Shown: piece after piece, positions 54,281 to 63,254 of the stretch | Position numbering within the stretch: the stretch's first letter is position 1 | Layout: every line of letters starts with the position of its first letter | Assembly: GCA_016786595.1 (NCBI GenBank) | Contig: JAEUWB010000035.1 | Location: 3,182 to 67,181 of the forward strand | Direction of reading: 5' to 3' | DNA from: a bacterium | GTDB taxonomy: Bacteria; Bdellovibrionota_C; UBA2361; SZUA-149; JAEUWB01 | Length of the DNA stretch: 64,000 bases | Position numbers and translations under genes: made by a program | Notes under the pieces: generated by a model | The model's input: the letters and a program-made list of their open reading frames with translations, nothing else | Database searches by the model: none | Told to the model about the DNA's origin: nothing

Positions 54281-55498
54281 ATGAGCGAAAAAACAGGCAA
54301 GATCATTAGCTATAATGCTGCCAACAAAATGGGAGAAATCGCTTTTGCCGGTTTTGATGTCCCTGCGCGGTTCTATCTTTCTGTTGTTACGAACCCGACA
54401 CCTGAACCAGTTAAGGGTGACCAAGTGAGTTTCGCAGCAGCAGATCCGGTAAAAAATAAAAAAGGAAAATACTCGCCTGTAACTGCAAGTACGGTAACTA
54501 TTACTGAGCGTTCTCCCGTACGGGAAGAGGAGAAAAAATTTGATGCAACTGCTCAAAGTTTTCGCACGACACTGCAGCGTGGAGCTCGTAATGACCGCTC
54601 CAGAAACAACCGCACAAAATCAGCTTCAAAAATTTCGCAGCAAGCTCAAGAATTACGTGTGATCCCTAAGCGACAACTTTCGCTACGCATTGCCCATGAT
54701 GCAACTCCACTGCCGCGTGATATGCGTCGACGTATGGTCAATTGGGGCACTGCTAATCCAGCTTTTTTGCTAGCAAAGGGCATTTCCTGGAAGCATGCTG
54801 AAAATAATGAATTTGAGCGTAATCGCGATCATTTTCGGCATTTTATGCACAAAACATTTCTGCCGGTTTATCAAAATGCAGTGAAGAATCTTATCCCTTT
54901 AGAGGCACTCAAAACTCGGCAGATCCAAATTTATAAATCCCTACGAACTCAGGGCTATTTACTCGATCATCGTGTTTTAAAATTATCTACACCACTAGTG
55001 CTTGGGCAGAATGCTTCTAGTTTATTACGGCAAATCAGTGTCGTTACTGACCATCTTTATGGTTATCCTGTGGTGCATGGGTCAATGATCAAGGGAACTT
55101 TTAAAGAATATCTACAAAACTTACTGGCTGGAGATCCTGGACTTGCAGTAGCTAGAGATTTTGAACAAATTTTTGGGACAACAGAGGCACCAGGCCGGGT
55201 GATCTTCTTTGATTCTTTTCCTACGCGGGCTTTGCCTGATCTTGGATTTGAAACTCTGCAGGATTCATTCCCTGCTTGGTATCATGGCCGGGGTTCTGCA
55301 GCTGATACTCAGTTACCTGAACGAGACTATCTATCTGTGATTAAACCTGGAGCTGAATATACATTTAGTTTTGCGTTGAGGCCTGGCTCAGAAGAGTCGC
55401 TACTTGGCACGGTAGGGAACTTATTGCAGCAAATGCTTGTTGAGTTTGGGCTGGGATCAAGAACCGCCCTAGGATATGGGCGATTCAGGGTTAACTAA
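54281..55498 (+). CDS. cmr6: Cmr6-type RAMP with an N-terminal cold-shock domain (CSD) fusion
   Basis: aa 1-70 KTGKIISYNAANKMGEIAFAGFDVPARFYLSVV...KGDQVSFAA follows the CspA pattern (GxVKWFNxxKGFGFI...VFVHxSxI...GxxVxF). The C-terminal half has Cmr6 blocks PVVHGSMIKGTFKEYL (pyIPGSSlKGvlR), EQIFGTTEAPGRVIFFDSFP (lFGs...G.v.F.DA.P), DSFPAWYHG (tPHy.pYY) and the terminal Gly-rich loop EFGLGSRTALGYGRFRV. Confidence 0.6.
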   Translation: MSEKTGKIISYNAANKMGEIAFAGFDVPARFYLSVVTNPTPEPVKGDQVSFAAADPVKNKKGKYSPVTASTVTITERSPVREEEKKFDATAQSFRTTLQRGARNDRSRNNRTKSASKISQQAQELRVIPKRQLSLRIAHDATPLPRDMRRRMVNWGTANPAFLLAKGISWKHAENNEFERNRDHFRHFMHKTFLPVYQNAVKNLIPLEALKTRQIQIYKSLRTQGYLLDHRVLKLSTPLVLGQNASSLLRQISVVTDHLYGYPVVHGSMIKGTFKEYLQNLLAGDPGLAVARDFEQIFGTTEAPGRVIFFDSFPTRALPDLGFETLQDSFPAWYHGRGSAADTQLPERDYLSVIKPGAEYTFSFALRPGSEESLLGTVGNLLQQMLVEFGLGSRTALGYGRFRVN

Positions 55499-55584
55499 GG
55501 AAGCTCTAATAAGTCCGATCTTGGCTCAACCTCGAACTTAATCATAGCTTCCTTAGAGCATTCATGATTCTATCCGTTCCAGTG

Positions 55585-56088
55585 TTAGCAAGTCGAACTG
55601 TTATAGCACTTTGTCGGATTTGGAATGCGGTAGCACTTTCCAGTTTTTCCTACAGCAAACACGGTAACTGAGCCTGTATTTGCTTTTGCTTTTGACGCCA
55701 TTGATTTTGTGCTTTGGCAATTTGCGCCCGGTGTGCCGCAACCATAGTAGCGGAATTTATACAATGCACCTGCAGGAGTATAAGGTCCCCAACTGGCGAT
55801 TCGATTGCCTTTATTATCAACTATTTTCCCAGAAAATGTTACTGCGCAACCACGCTTAGCAATTAGTGATCCGCTTTTGTGGCGAGGATTATTCCGTGGA
55901 ATATGCGCTGATTGCTTTTTGCCTTTGTAAATCAAACAACCCGGTAAGGAAGCAACCGATTTACAGACATCCGAAAAAGCGCTGGTTGAGCGAGTTAGAT
56001 CTTCTAATTCGTCAGCAATTGAATCTAACTCATCTGCCAAAGCCGGTAAGGGCATGATCAATGTTAAAAGTAATAAATATTTTTTCAT
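55585..56088 (-). CDS. Secreted Cys-rich small protein, paralog 1 (167 aa)
   Basis: Signal peptide MKKYLLLLTLIMPLPALA, acidic propeptide-like DELDSIADELEDLTRS, and 8 Cys including the C-terminal TGKCYRIPNPTKCYNSSTC. Confidence 0.55.
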   Translation of the reverse strand: MKKYLLLLTLIMPLPALADELDSIADELEDLTRSTSAFSDVCKSVASLPGCLIYKGKKQSAHIPRNNPRHKSGSLIAKRGCAVTFSGKIVDNKGNRIASWGPYTPAGALYKFRYYGCGTPGANCQSTKSMASKAKANTGSVTVFAVGKTGKCYRIPNPTKCYNSSTC

Positions 56089-56119
56089 GAGCTTTCTAAT
56101 CCTTTTAATTAATTAAAAA

Positions 56120-56671
56120 TTAGCAACCTGAGCTGTTGTAGCATTTGCGTGCATCAGGGATTTCTACGCAGCGTTTATTTTTGCCAACGGCGTAAATTGT
56201 TCCTGAGCCTGTGTTTTGGACTGCGGTGTTATAGATTGATCGAGCACGGCGGCAACATCCGCTACAGCTTTGTACTCCTTGTGTGCAGTAAAATCTGTAG
56301 GCATAAGTTTTGCCAGAGTTATTATAGCGCACAAGGCTATTCACGACATTGCCCTTACTGTCGACGAAATTCATTTTATTGCCGTAACGTTTTGTGCAAC
56401 CACGAAAGCCAATCCAAGTGTTGCCCTTAGCTCTTGGATTGCTGTTGCCGATATGTCCTGAGATCTTAGTTTTGTATACAGCGCATTTGCCTTCGCTCTT
56501 GATGTTCACGATTGTTGAGCAGACATCTTGAAGTGCCTTAGTCGAATGATTGATTTCGGTGTTGTTAGTCGAAACTTCATTGATCGCATCCACTAAATCT
56601 TCTAAATCATCTGCAAATGAAAATGATGGGATTAGTAGAGTGATAAGGGAGAGAATAATTTTATTTCTCAT
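56120..56671 (-). CDS. Secreted Cys-rich small protein, paralog 2 (183 aa)
   Basis: Signal peptide MRNKIILSLITLLIPSFSFA, acidic DDLEDLVDAINEV, and C-terminal KNKRCVEIPDARKCYNSSGC parallel to paralog 1. Confidence 0.55.
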   Translation of the reverse strand: MRNKIILSLITLLIPSFSFADDLEDLVDAINEVSTNNTEINHSTKALQDVCSTIVNIKSEGKCAVYKTKISGHIGNSNPRAKGNTWIGFRGCTKRYGNKMNFVDSKGNVVNSLVRYNNSGKTYAYRFYCTQGVQSCSGCCRRARSIYNTAVQNTGSGTIYAVGKNKRCVEIPDARKCYNSSGC

Positions 56672-56884
56672 GACAGCTGAATCTCCTTAGTTTAGGCAAG
56701 TCGTAATTAGTTTTCACTTATGAGCTATCCTTATGCTAGTTAGATAAAAGAGGGCAAGCATAAATTCAACAGAATTAAAGCAGTTCTCAAGGACCACCCA
56801 GGACCATTTTGTCTGGTGCTTGAAAATACAGTGCTTTCGCGCTATATCGGCAGTTCATTGGAATCTTCATCTTGATTAAAATAA

Positions 56885-57721
56885 ATGCACGATAACGTAA
56901 AAAATACACTTCCTGATATCATGGCCTCAGCTAATCCATTTATGGATGCGCAGGTCAGCATTCCAGTTGTGGGCATTAAAAATTTAAAATTACCACTTAC
57001 ATTTTCGTTCTCGAATGCGCTGAATTCAAAATTAGAAACTCAGATTGATGTGAGTGTTAGTTTAGCTCAAGAGGCGCGGGGGATTAATATGTCGCGCTTT
57101 GTTGAATTATTTTCTGAATCTACAGTGCTTGAATATTCCTGGAAAGCTTTAGACGAGTTAGCGCAGCGACTTTGTCAATTGATGGGTAGTAAGTCTTGTG
57201 AGATTGCTTTTGGTTTTAATTATCAAATCGATCAAGTTAGCTTACGCACGCAAGTGCGCGCGCCGCGTTTTTATCCTGTGAAAATTCAAATCAAAAAAGA
57301 GCATAATTTGCCTAGCCGCGTCAGTTTGAATTTTTCATTTTTGTATTCGTCTGTTTGCCCCTGCTCACAGCTTTTATCTGAACATGCAGAAACGTTTCGT
57401 GGAGTTTCTGCCGTGCCGCATTCGCAGCGTAGTTTGGCTGTAGTCGATCTAACTTTTGCTGCACAACAACTCTTAACAATTGAAGCAGTGCAGTCACTGC
57501 TGGTTAGTGCACTGAAGACTGAAGTGCAAACATTGGTAAAACGTGGCGACGAGCAGGCTTTTGCTGAGCTTAATGCTGAGCATCCAAAGTTTGTTGAAGA
57601 CGCAGTGCGGTTGCTATACGCAGAGCTTCGTAAAGAACCGCGTATTGAGCATGCCCAGATAAAAGTTACGCATTTTGAGTCACTGCATGAGCATGATGCG
57701 GTGGCCGAGTTGTCGTATTGA
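56885..57721 (+). CDS. folE2: GTP cyclohydrolase FolE2/MptA family (type IB) protein, probable
   Basis: 278 aa with a GINMSRF block resembling the conserved GxHMSRF of FolE2, and the CPCS pair (YSSVCPCSQL). Moderate confidence. Confidence 0.5.
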   Translation: MHDNVKNTLPDIMASANPFMDAQVSIPVVGIKNLKLPLTFSFSNALNSKLETQIDVSVSLAQEARGINMSRFVELFSESTVLEYSWKALDELAQRLCQLMGSKSCEIAFGFNYQIDQVSLRTQVRAPRFYPVKIQIKKEHNLPSRVSLNFSFLYSSVCPCSQLLSEHAETFRGVSAVPHSQRSLAVVDLTFAAQQLLTIEAVQSLLVSALKTEVQTLVKRGDEQAFAELNAEHPKFVEDAVRLLYAELRKEPRIEHAQIKVTHFESLHEHDAVAELSY

Positions 57722-57724
57722 TCT

Positions 57725-57870
57725 AGATTTGCGAGAGATGACAAGAAGTGAAATCGAACGCTCGGGTCTAAGATAAGATCACAGTGGTAGATGACAATCT
57801 ATTTGCGTTTTGTGTCATTGCTTCGGTCGCTACCCTCCCTCGCTATGACTGGTGAAAACTTAGTGAACAG
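57725..57870. repeat. Degenerate repeat family A cluster (several GTCAT...GAG termini in both orientations)
   Basis: GCGAGAGATGACAAG, GTAGATGACAATC, GTGTCATTGCTTCGGTCGC...CTCGCTATGACTGG. Confidence 0.45.
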
Positions 57871-57934
57871 ATTGCGGAGCCTGCCCTGAGCAGTGTTAAA
57901 CGGGATCAACATGACAGGGCTGTAGTATACCTCT

Positions 57935-59269
57935 CTAGTACAACTCGCGGTCGATTTCCCAAGCCTCTAAGTACTTGGTCACATATTGTAAGAACATCCC
58001 ACCAAGTGAACCGTCAATTACGCGATGGTCGTAACTTAACGTTAAGTAAACCATGTCACGAATTGCAATTGCGTCATTCACTACCATCGGGCGCTTCTTC
58101 ACGGCACCAATACTTAAAATCGCAAGTTGCGGCTGGTTAATGATCGGGTTCCCAATAATGTTACCAAAAACACCCGGATTAGTGACGGTAAATGTGCCGC
58201 CTTGAGTGTCGTCAGGGTTTAACTTTTTATTTCGTGCCCGCTGGGCTAAGTCATTCAGTGAAGAGGCAATGCCTGTGAGTGATAAAGTCTCTGAGTTCTT
58301 AATCACCGGAACAATCAAGCCTGTGTTTCCAAGCGCAACCGCGCAACCCAAATTAACATTTTTCTTTAAAACAATTTCATCGCCTTCGACTGAAGCATTC
58401 ACATGTGGATAAGCAATCAGAGCTTTAATTGCGGCTTCCAAAAACGGCGGAGTCATTGTTAATTTAAAGCCCTCGCGAGCTTGAAATTGTGACTGCACGC
58501 GTTCACGCCATTTCACAATGTTTGTAACATCGACTTCAGCAGTGGAATAAACGTGCGCACTCGTGGCCTTGGAGCGGACCATATGCTCGGCAATGCGTTT
58601 ACGCATATTGTCCATTTTCTCACGGCGGGTTCCGTCAGGACCATATTCGAGTTGTGGAGCCGCAGGTAGATCGAGGCTTTTCTTTGACGGCGCACCACCT
58701 TTCATGTCCCGGAATTGGGCATAAGTCATCACGTCAGTTTTTGTAACGCGACCTTGCACTCCAGATCCTGGAATCGATGCTAATTCTGTTGGCGTCATGC
58801 CATAAGCTGCACCGACATTGCGTGCAACCGGAGATAGGAATTTATTGCCGTAGTCACGAGGAATTTCATGCGCAGTTACTGCGACTTGTGGCGCTGGGTT
58901 AGCAGTCGGGCTTGGTTGTGTGACCACAGGCGCAGGGGCCAGCTTTGTAGCTTCTTTCTTGGCTTCGGCTTTAGTTTCAACTGGAGCTGACTTAGCTGCG
59001 CCGTTTGTTGTAGCTTTAACCGCAGCACCACCTTCAGAATCAATCACTGCGATTACAGATTTAACAGCAACTGTTTGGCCTTCTATCGCCTTAAGCTCGA
59101 CTAAAACTCCACTGGCGGGAGCAGGAATTTCTGAATCAACTTTGTCAGTTGAAATCTCTAAGATCGTCTCATCTTTTTTGACATTATCGCCGATTTTTTT
59201 GTGCCACTTTAAAATTGTAGCTTCGGCGATTGATTCGCCCATCTGGGGCATTACCATTTCTGTCTTCAT
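57935..59269 (-). CDS. Dihydrolipoamide acyltransferase (E2) of a pyruvate/2-oxo-acid dehydrogenase complex. The ORF track extends to 59314, but ATG 59269 has an AGGAGA ribosome-binding site.
   Basis: Lipoyl domain ILEISTDKVDSEIPAPASGVL (lipoyl-Lys), Ala/Pro linker, catalytic C-terminal LTLSYDHRVIDGSLGGMFL (DHRxxDG). Confidence 0.9.
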   Translation of the reverse strand: MKTEMVMPQMGESIAEATILKWHKKIGDNVKKDETILEISTDKVDSEIPAPASGVLVELKAIEGQTVAVKSVIAVIDSEGGAAVKATTNGAAKSAPVETKAEAKKEATKLAPAPVVTQPSPTANPAPQVAVTAHEIPRDYGNKFLSPVARNVGAAYGMTPTELASIPGSGVQGRVTKTDVMTYAQFRDMKGGAPSKKSLDLPAAPQLEYGPDGTRREKMDNMRKRIAEHMVRSKATSAHVYSTAEVDVTNIVKWRERVQSQFQAREGFKLTMTPPFLEAAIKALIAYPHVNASVEGDEIVLKKNVNLGCAVALGNTGLIVPVIKNSETLSLTGIASSLNDLAQRARNKKLNPDDTQGGTFTVTNPGVFGNIIGNPIINQPQLAILSIGAVKKRPMVVNDAIAIRDMVYLTLSYDHRVIDGSLGGMFLQYVTKYLEAWEIDRELY

Positions 59270-59528
59270 ATTATCTCCTATACGGCGAGCACTTTTGGCC
59301 AAATACTTGGTCACGGGATATTAGCTAAAATCCTCGTTTATTTCAAATAAAGTCCGGTTTTGGCAAATTACCGGTAATCATCTTTGCCTCAAAATTTTTC
59401 GCCTTGATTTTCAAGCCCAAAGCAGCTGCAAAGCCCTTGTGCTTTATATCTTCAGCAAACGGATACTTAGTGTAACAGCTCCGAAGAGTTTATTTTAATC
59501 CAAACTACTCAAGTTATTAAGCGTAGTG

Positions 59529-61628
59529 TTAATAAGCAAGTAGTTGCCTTAACCCTTCGGTGATCCACTCAGTTTGTGGCAAAATCTGCGCCTCTAGAAC
59601 TGGTGAATGTGGAATGGGCGATGCTTTGCCGCCAATTCGTTTAACCGGAGCGTCAAGATACTCAAAAGCATGCTCTGCTACAAATGCCGCAATTTCTGCG
59701 CCAAAACCCATAAAAAGCACATCTTCATGAGCAACGAGTAAGCGACTAGTTTTCTTCACGCTTTCTAAAATAGTTTGCGTATCAAGCGGAACAATTGTTC
59801 GTAGGTCGATTACTTCAACCTCGGCGCCTGCTTTAGCAAGTTCTTCTGCAGCAAGGAGACTTTTTTGCACTAAGGCGCCCCAGGTCACAATTGTTGCATG
59901 CTTACCAGGTCGTACTACCTTAGCGCGCCCGAGCGGAATTAAGTCATCAGCTCCGCCTTCTTTGCCCTTGGCATAAACTTGGCGATATAGACCTTTGTGC
60001 TCCAAGAATAACACTGGGTCCTTGCCGCGAATTGCCGATTTTAAAAGCCCCTTGGCGTCTGTCGCATTTGAGGGCAGCACTACATAGAGCCCGGGAAAGT
60101 GTGCAAAAGTCGCTTCGATATTTTGCGAGTGATAGACCGCACCATGAATGTATCCGCCAATTGGAACACGTAGCACTGCTGGACAAGTCCATGTGCCGTT
60201 AGATCTGTAGTTCATGATTGCAAGCTCGTTACGAATTTGCATCATTGCAGTCCAGATATAATCTCCAAATTGAATTTCTGCGACAGGCCGCATGCCCACA
60301 GCAGCCATGCCCACAGCAGCTCCAGCAATTGAAGCTTCAGCAAGAGGCGCGTTAAACACGCGCTTAATGCCGTATTTAGCAGTCAGTCCAGCTGTTACCG
60401 TGAACACTCCACCTTTGCCATGCGCGACATCTTGCCCGAAGATCACCATCTCAGGATTCCGTGCGAGCTCTTCGTCAAGTGCATGGTTAATTGCGTCAAC
60501 GATAAATGTTTCTTCGCCAGTTGCTGGTTTTTCAACAATGCCCGCACCGGGATCGAGATCTACATAGACATGATCTAGTGCAGTATGCGGAGCTGGCTCT
60601 GGCTGCGCTTCAGCCCAGTTTGCACCAGCGTCGACTTCTTGAATGACTTCTTCGCGAATTTTCTTTAGTTCTGTCGTGCTAAAACCTGCCGTAGCAGTAA
60701 GATAGGATTCCATGCGTAGTAGCGGGTCACGCTTTTGATCTCCGAGGATGTCCTTTTCGTCGCGGTATTTAGCCTGGTTATCAGAGATCGAATGGCTTTG
60801 TAGGCGCACAACTTTGGCGACTACAACTGTTGGGCCGCCTCCTGAGCGTGCGCGTTCAACTGCTGTGGCAAAGACTTGATGCGAAGCTTCAAAATCTAAG
60901 CCATCAACTTCTACGACCTCCAATCCGTCGTAGCCCGAGGAAATCCCGGCAACACTTTTGCCGGCAGTTTGCTCAGAGATATGGACTGAAATCGCGTATT
61001 CGTTATCTTCGACAAGGAACACGACGGGAAGTTTTTCGCGTGCGGCCCAGTTTAAAGCCTCGTGATAATCGCCTTGGGAAGTTGTGCCTTCGCCAGTAGA
61101 GACATAAACGACTTGGTCGGTGCCACGGTATTTCGCCGCCATGGCAGTTCCGACGGCTTGAAGGAACTGTGTTCCAGTAGGTGAGCTTTGATTGATGATG
61201 TTGAGTTGATTGTGTCCATAGTGCATCGGCATTTGACGACCGCCAGAATTTGGATCGTCTGCGCGATTCATGGCGTTAAGCATTAATTCCTTTGTGGTCA
61301 TGCCTACGCCAACGCAAAAAGCCATGTTGCGGTAGTACGGATAAAAATAATCGTAGCTAGGCTTAAAATTGTATGCAGCTGCGATTTGGACAATTTCATG
61401 TCCAGCGCAGCCAATTTGGAAGTGGCACTTATTTTGCTTGTATAAGACAATCGTCTTTTCATCGGCTAACCTCGCGCGGAGCGCGTCGCGATAGGCGCGA
61501 GCGAGCAGCTCTTTAGTTAGCGTTGAGCTAGTCTTAGGTTTTTTGCTGGAGGCGACAAGAACGCTGGAGCTGGTCTTTCCGCTGCTGCTTTTTTTGTTCT
61601 TAGATGTGGATTGCTCTTCCAAGCGCAT
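59529..61628 (-). CDS. 2-oxo-acid dehydrogenase E1 component, fused alpha and beta subunits (TPP-dependent)
   Basis: 699 aa single ORF. The N-terminal half has the TPP-binding alpha subunit pattern (GEGTTSQGDYHEALNWAA) and the C-terminal half is a transketolase-like beta subunit (VFGQDVAHGKGGVFTVTAGL). Confidence 0.85.
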   Translation of the reverse strand: MRLEEQSTSKNKKSSSGKTSSSVLVASSKKPKTSSTLTKELLARAYRDALRARLADEKTIVLYKQNKCHFQIGCAGHEIVQIAAAYNFKPSYDYFYPYYRNMAFCVGVGMTTKELMLNAMNRADDPNSGGRQMPMHYGHNQLNIINQSSPTGTQFLQAVGTAMAAKYRGTDQVVYVSTGEGTTSQGDYHEALNWAAREKLPVVFLVEDNEYAISVHISEQTAGKSVAGISSGYDGLEVVEVDGLDFEASHQVFATAVERARSGGGPTVVVAKVVRLQSHSISDNQAKYRDEKDILGDQKRDPLLRMESYLTATAGFSTTELKKIREEVIQEVDAGANWAEAQPEPAPHTALDHVYVDLDPGAGIVEKPATGEETFIVDAINHALDEELARNPEMVIFGQDVAHGKGGVFTVTAGLTAKYGIKRVFNAPLAEASIAGAAVGMAAVGMRPVAEIQFGDYIWTAMMQIRNELAIMNYRSNGTWTCPAVLRVPIGGYIHGAVYHSQNIEATFAHFPGLYVVLPSNATDAKGLLKSAIRGKDPVLFLEHKGLYRQVYAKGKEGGADDLIPLGRAKVVRPGKHATIVTWGALVQKSLLAAEELAKAGAEVEVIDLRTIVPLDTQTILESVKKTSRLLVAHEDVLFMGFGAEIAAFVAEHAFEYLDAPVKRIGGKASPIPHSPVLEAQILPQTEWITEGLRQLLAY

Positions 61629-63000
61629 CTGCCATTGCCTCCATCATTGCTTCGGATAGTGTTGGGTGAGCGTGGATAGTATTAGCTACGCTCGTTGCTG
61701 TGCCTTCTAATGAGCGAATCACTGAAGCTTCAGCAATTAATTCTGTAGCCTCAGGATGTAAAATGTGGACTCCTAGTACTTCATCAATGTCGGCATCGAC
61801 AACGACTTTCACGAATCCATCTGTTTCATTAGAAGCTACTGCTTTGCCGCTGGCGCTAAAGGGGAAGCGCCCGATGCGGACATTTTTCCCTGCGTCGCGT
61901 GCGGCTTTTTCGGTCATGCCAATTGAGGCGACTTGTGGTTTGCAATAGGTGCAACCCGGGATACTCGTATAGTCGAGTGGATGAGTGTGGTGGTTGGCGA
62001 TGACTTCTGCGGCGATAATGCCTTCATGACTTGCGACGTGGGCAAGTAGTGGTGGGCCAATCACGTCTCCAATCGCGTATACGCCGGGCACGCCAGTACG
62101 ATAATATTGGTCAACTTTAATAAAAGATTTTTCAGGTCGAATGCCGATTTTTTCAAGGCCAAGATCTTCTACATTGCCTTGAACGCCGACAGCCACGAGG
62201 CAATAGTCGCCCGACCATTGTTCGACTTTATCGCCGCTTTTAAGAAGTGCGTTAACGCTATTACCTTTGCGCGTTAGGCTTTCGACGACAGTTTTAGTTT
62301 TAATTTCGATTTTCTGATTTTTAAAGATTTTTTCTAAGCCTTTTGCGCAGTCTTGGTCCTCGATCGGTAGGATTTGATCTTGAAATTCAACGACTGTTAC
62401 TTCTGCGCCGAAGGTGCTGTAGAAGTAGGCAAATTCGATGCCGATTGCACCGGCACCAACGACAAGTAATTTCTTTGGACATTCGTTGAGGGCCAAGGCG
62501 TGGCGATAAGTAATCACGCGTTCGCCGTCGACGGGAAGGCTGGGCAGTGTTTTTGCGCGGGCTCCTGTAGCGATAATTACATTCTTGTAACTATAGGATG
62601 TTGCTTTGCCGGCTGAGTCTTTAACGACAACAAAGTTGCCAGCTTCAAGGGATGCGGTTCCGGGGATGAGATCGACTTTGTTTTTTTTGAGCAGGAATTT
62701 TACTCCGCCAGTCATTTTATCGACAACGTTACGAGAGCGTTTGATGATTGCCGGGAAGTCAGCTGTAATGCCGGAGGCGTTTAGTCCGTAGCTGCTAGCG
62801 TGTTGCATGGTTTGAAATACTTCTGCGCTTTTGAGCAGCGCCTTTGTAGGAATACAACCCCAGTTTAGGCAGATGCCGCCGGGGGATTCTTTTTCGATGC
62901 AGGCTGTTTTTAGGCCAAGTTGTGCGGCGCGGATTGCGGCGACGTAGCCGCCTGGGCCTGATCCGATGACGATGCAATCATATGAATTTGTTGCTGACAT
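61600..63000 (-). CDS. lpd: Dihydrolipoyl dehydrogenase (E3)
   Basis: FAD motif IVIGSGPGGYVAAIRAAQLG, redox disulfide GGICLNWGCIPTK, NAD motif, and C-terminal HAHPTLSE. Confidence 0.92.
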   Translation of the reverse strand: MSATNSYDCIVIGSGPGGYVAAIRAAQLGLKTACIEKESPGGICLNWGCIPTKALLKSAEVFQTMQHASSYGLNASGITADFPAIIKRSRNVVDKMTGGVKFLLKKNKVDLIPGTASLEAGNFVVVKDSAGKATSYSYKNVIIATGARAKTLPSLPVDGERVITYRHALALNECPKKLLVVGAGAIGIEFAYFYSTFGAEVTVVEFQDQILPIEDQDCAKGLEKIFKNQKIEIKTKTVVESLTRKGNSVNALLKSGDKVEQWSGDYCLVAVGVQGNVEDLGLEKIGIRPEKSFIKVDQYYRTGVPGVYAIGDVIGPPLLAHVASHEGIIAAEVIANHHTHPLDYTSIPGCTYCKPQVASIGMTEKAARDAGKNVRIGRFPFSASGKAVASNETDGFVKVVVDADIDEVLGVHILHPEATELIAEASVIRSLEGTATSVANTIHAHPTLSEAMMEAMADALGRAIHI

Positions 63001-63180
63001 ACTTTTGTCCGTTGATATAGTTTCTTTGTTTATCTAAGTTAAAGAATTTAAAGCAGAGAAACTAGGATATTCTTCGCGAGATAACAAGGGGTGCAAAATA
63101 AGCACTTAACATCGGGTATCTTGTTGAAAACTTTACTCATTCGGCAATCCGTTTTAGATTGCTGAGAAGTGGCAAATGTG

Positions 63181-63254
63181 CGCCCTTAGCTCAGCTGGAT
63201 AGAGCAACTGGCTTCGAACCAGTAGGTCGGGAGTTCGAATCTCTCAGGGCGCGA
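63181..63254 (+). tRNA. tRNA-Arg (anticodon UCG)
   Basis: Cloverleaf folded by hand: acceptor GCGCCCT/AGGGCGC, D-arm GCTC-AGCTGGATA-GAGC, anticodon arm ACTGG-CTTCGAA-CCAGT (UCG), T-arm GGGAG-TTCGAAT-CTCTC, discriminator G. No encoded CCA. Confidence 0.85.

Noticed and set aside
55494-55556. Inverted repeat TAAGGAAGCT ... AGCTTCCTTA right after cmr6, considered as a lone CRISPR repeat or crRNA-like element
   Set aside because: Single occurrence with a roughly 38 nt loop and no repetition elsewhere in the window. More likely a weak terminator or fortuitous palindrome.
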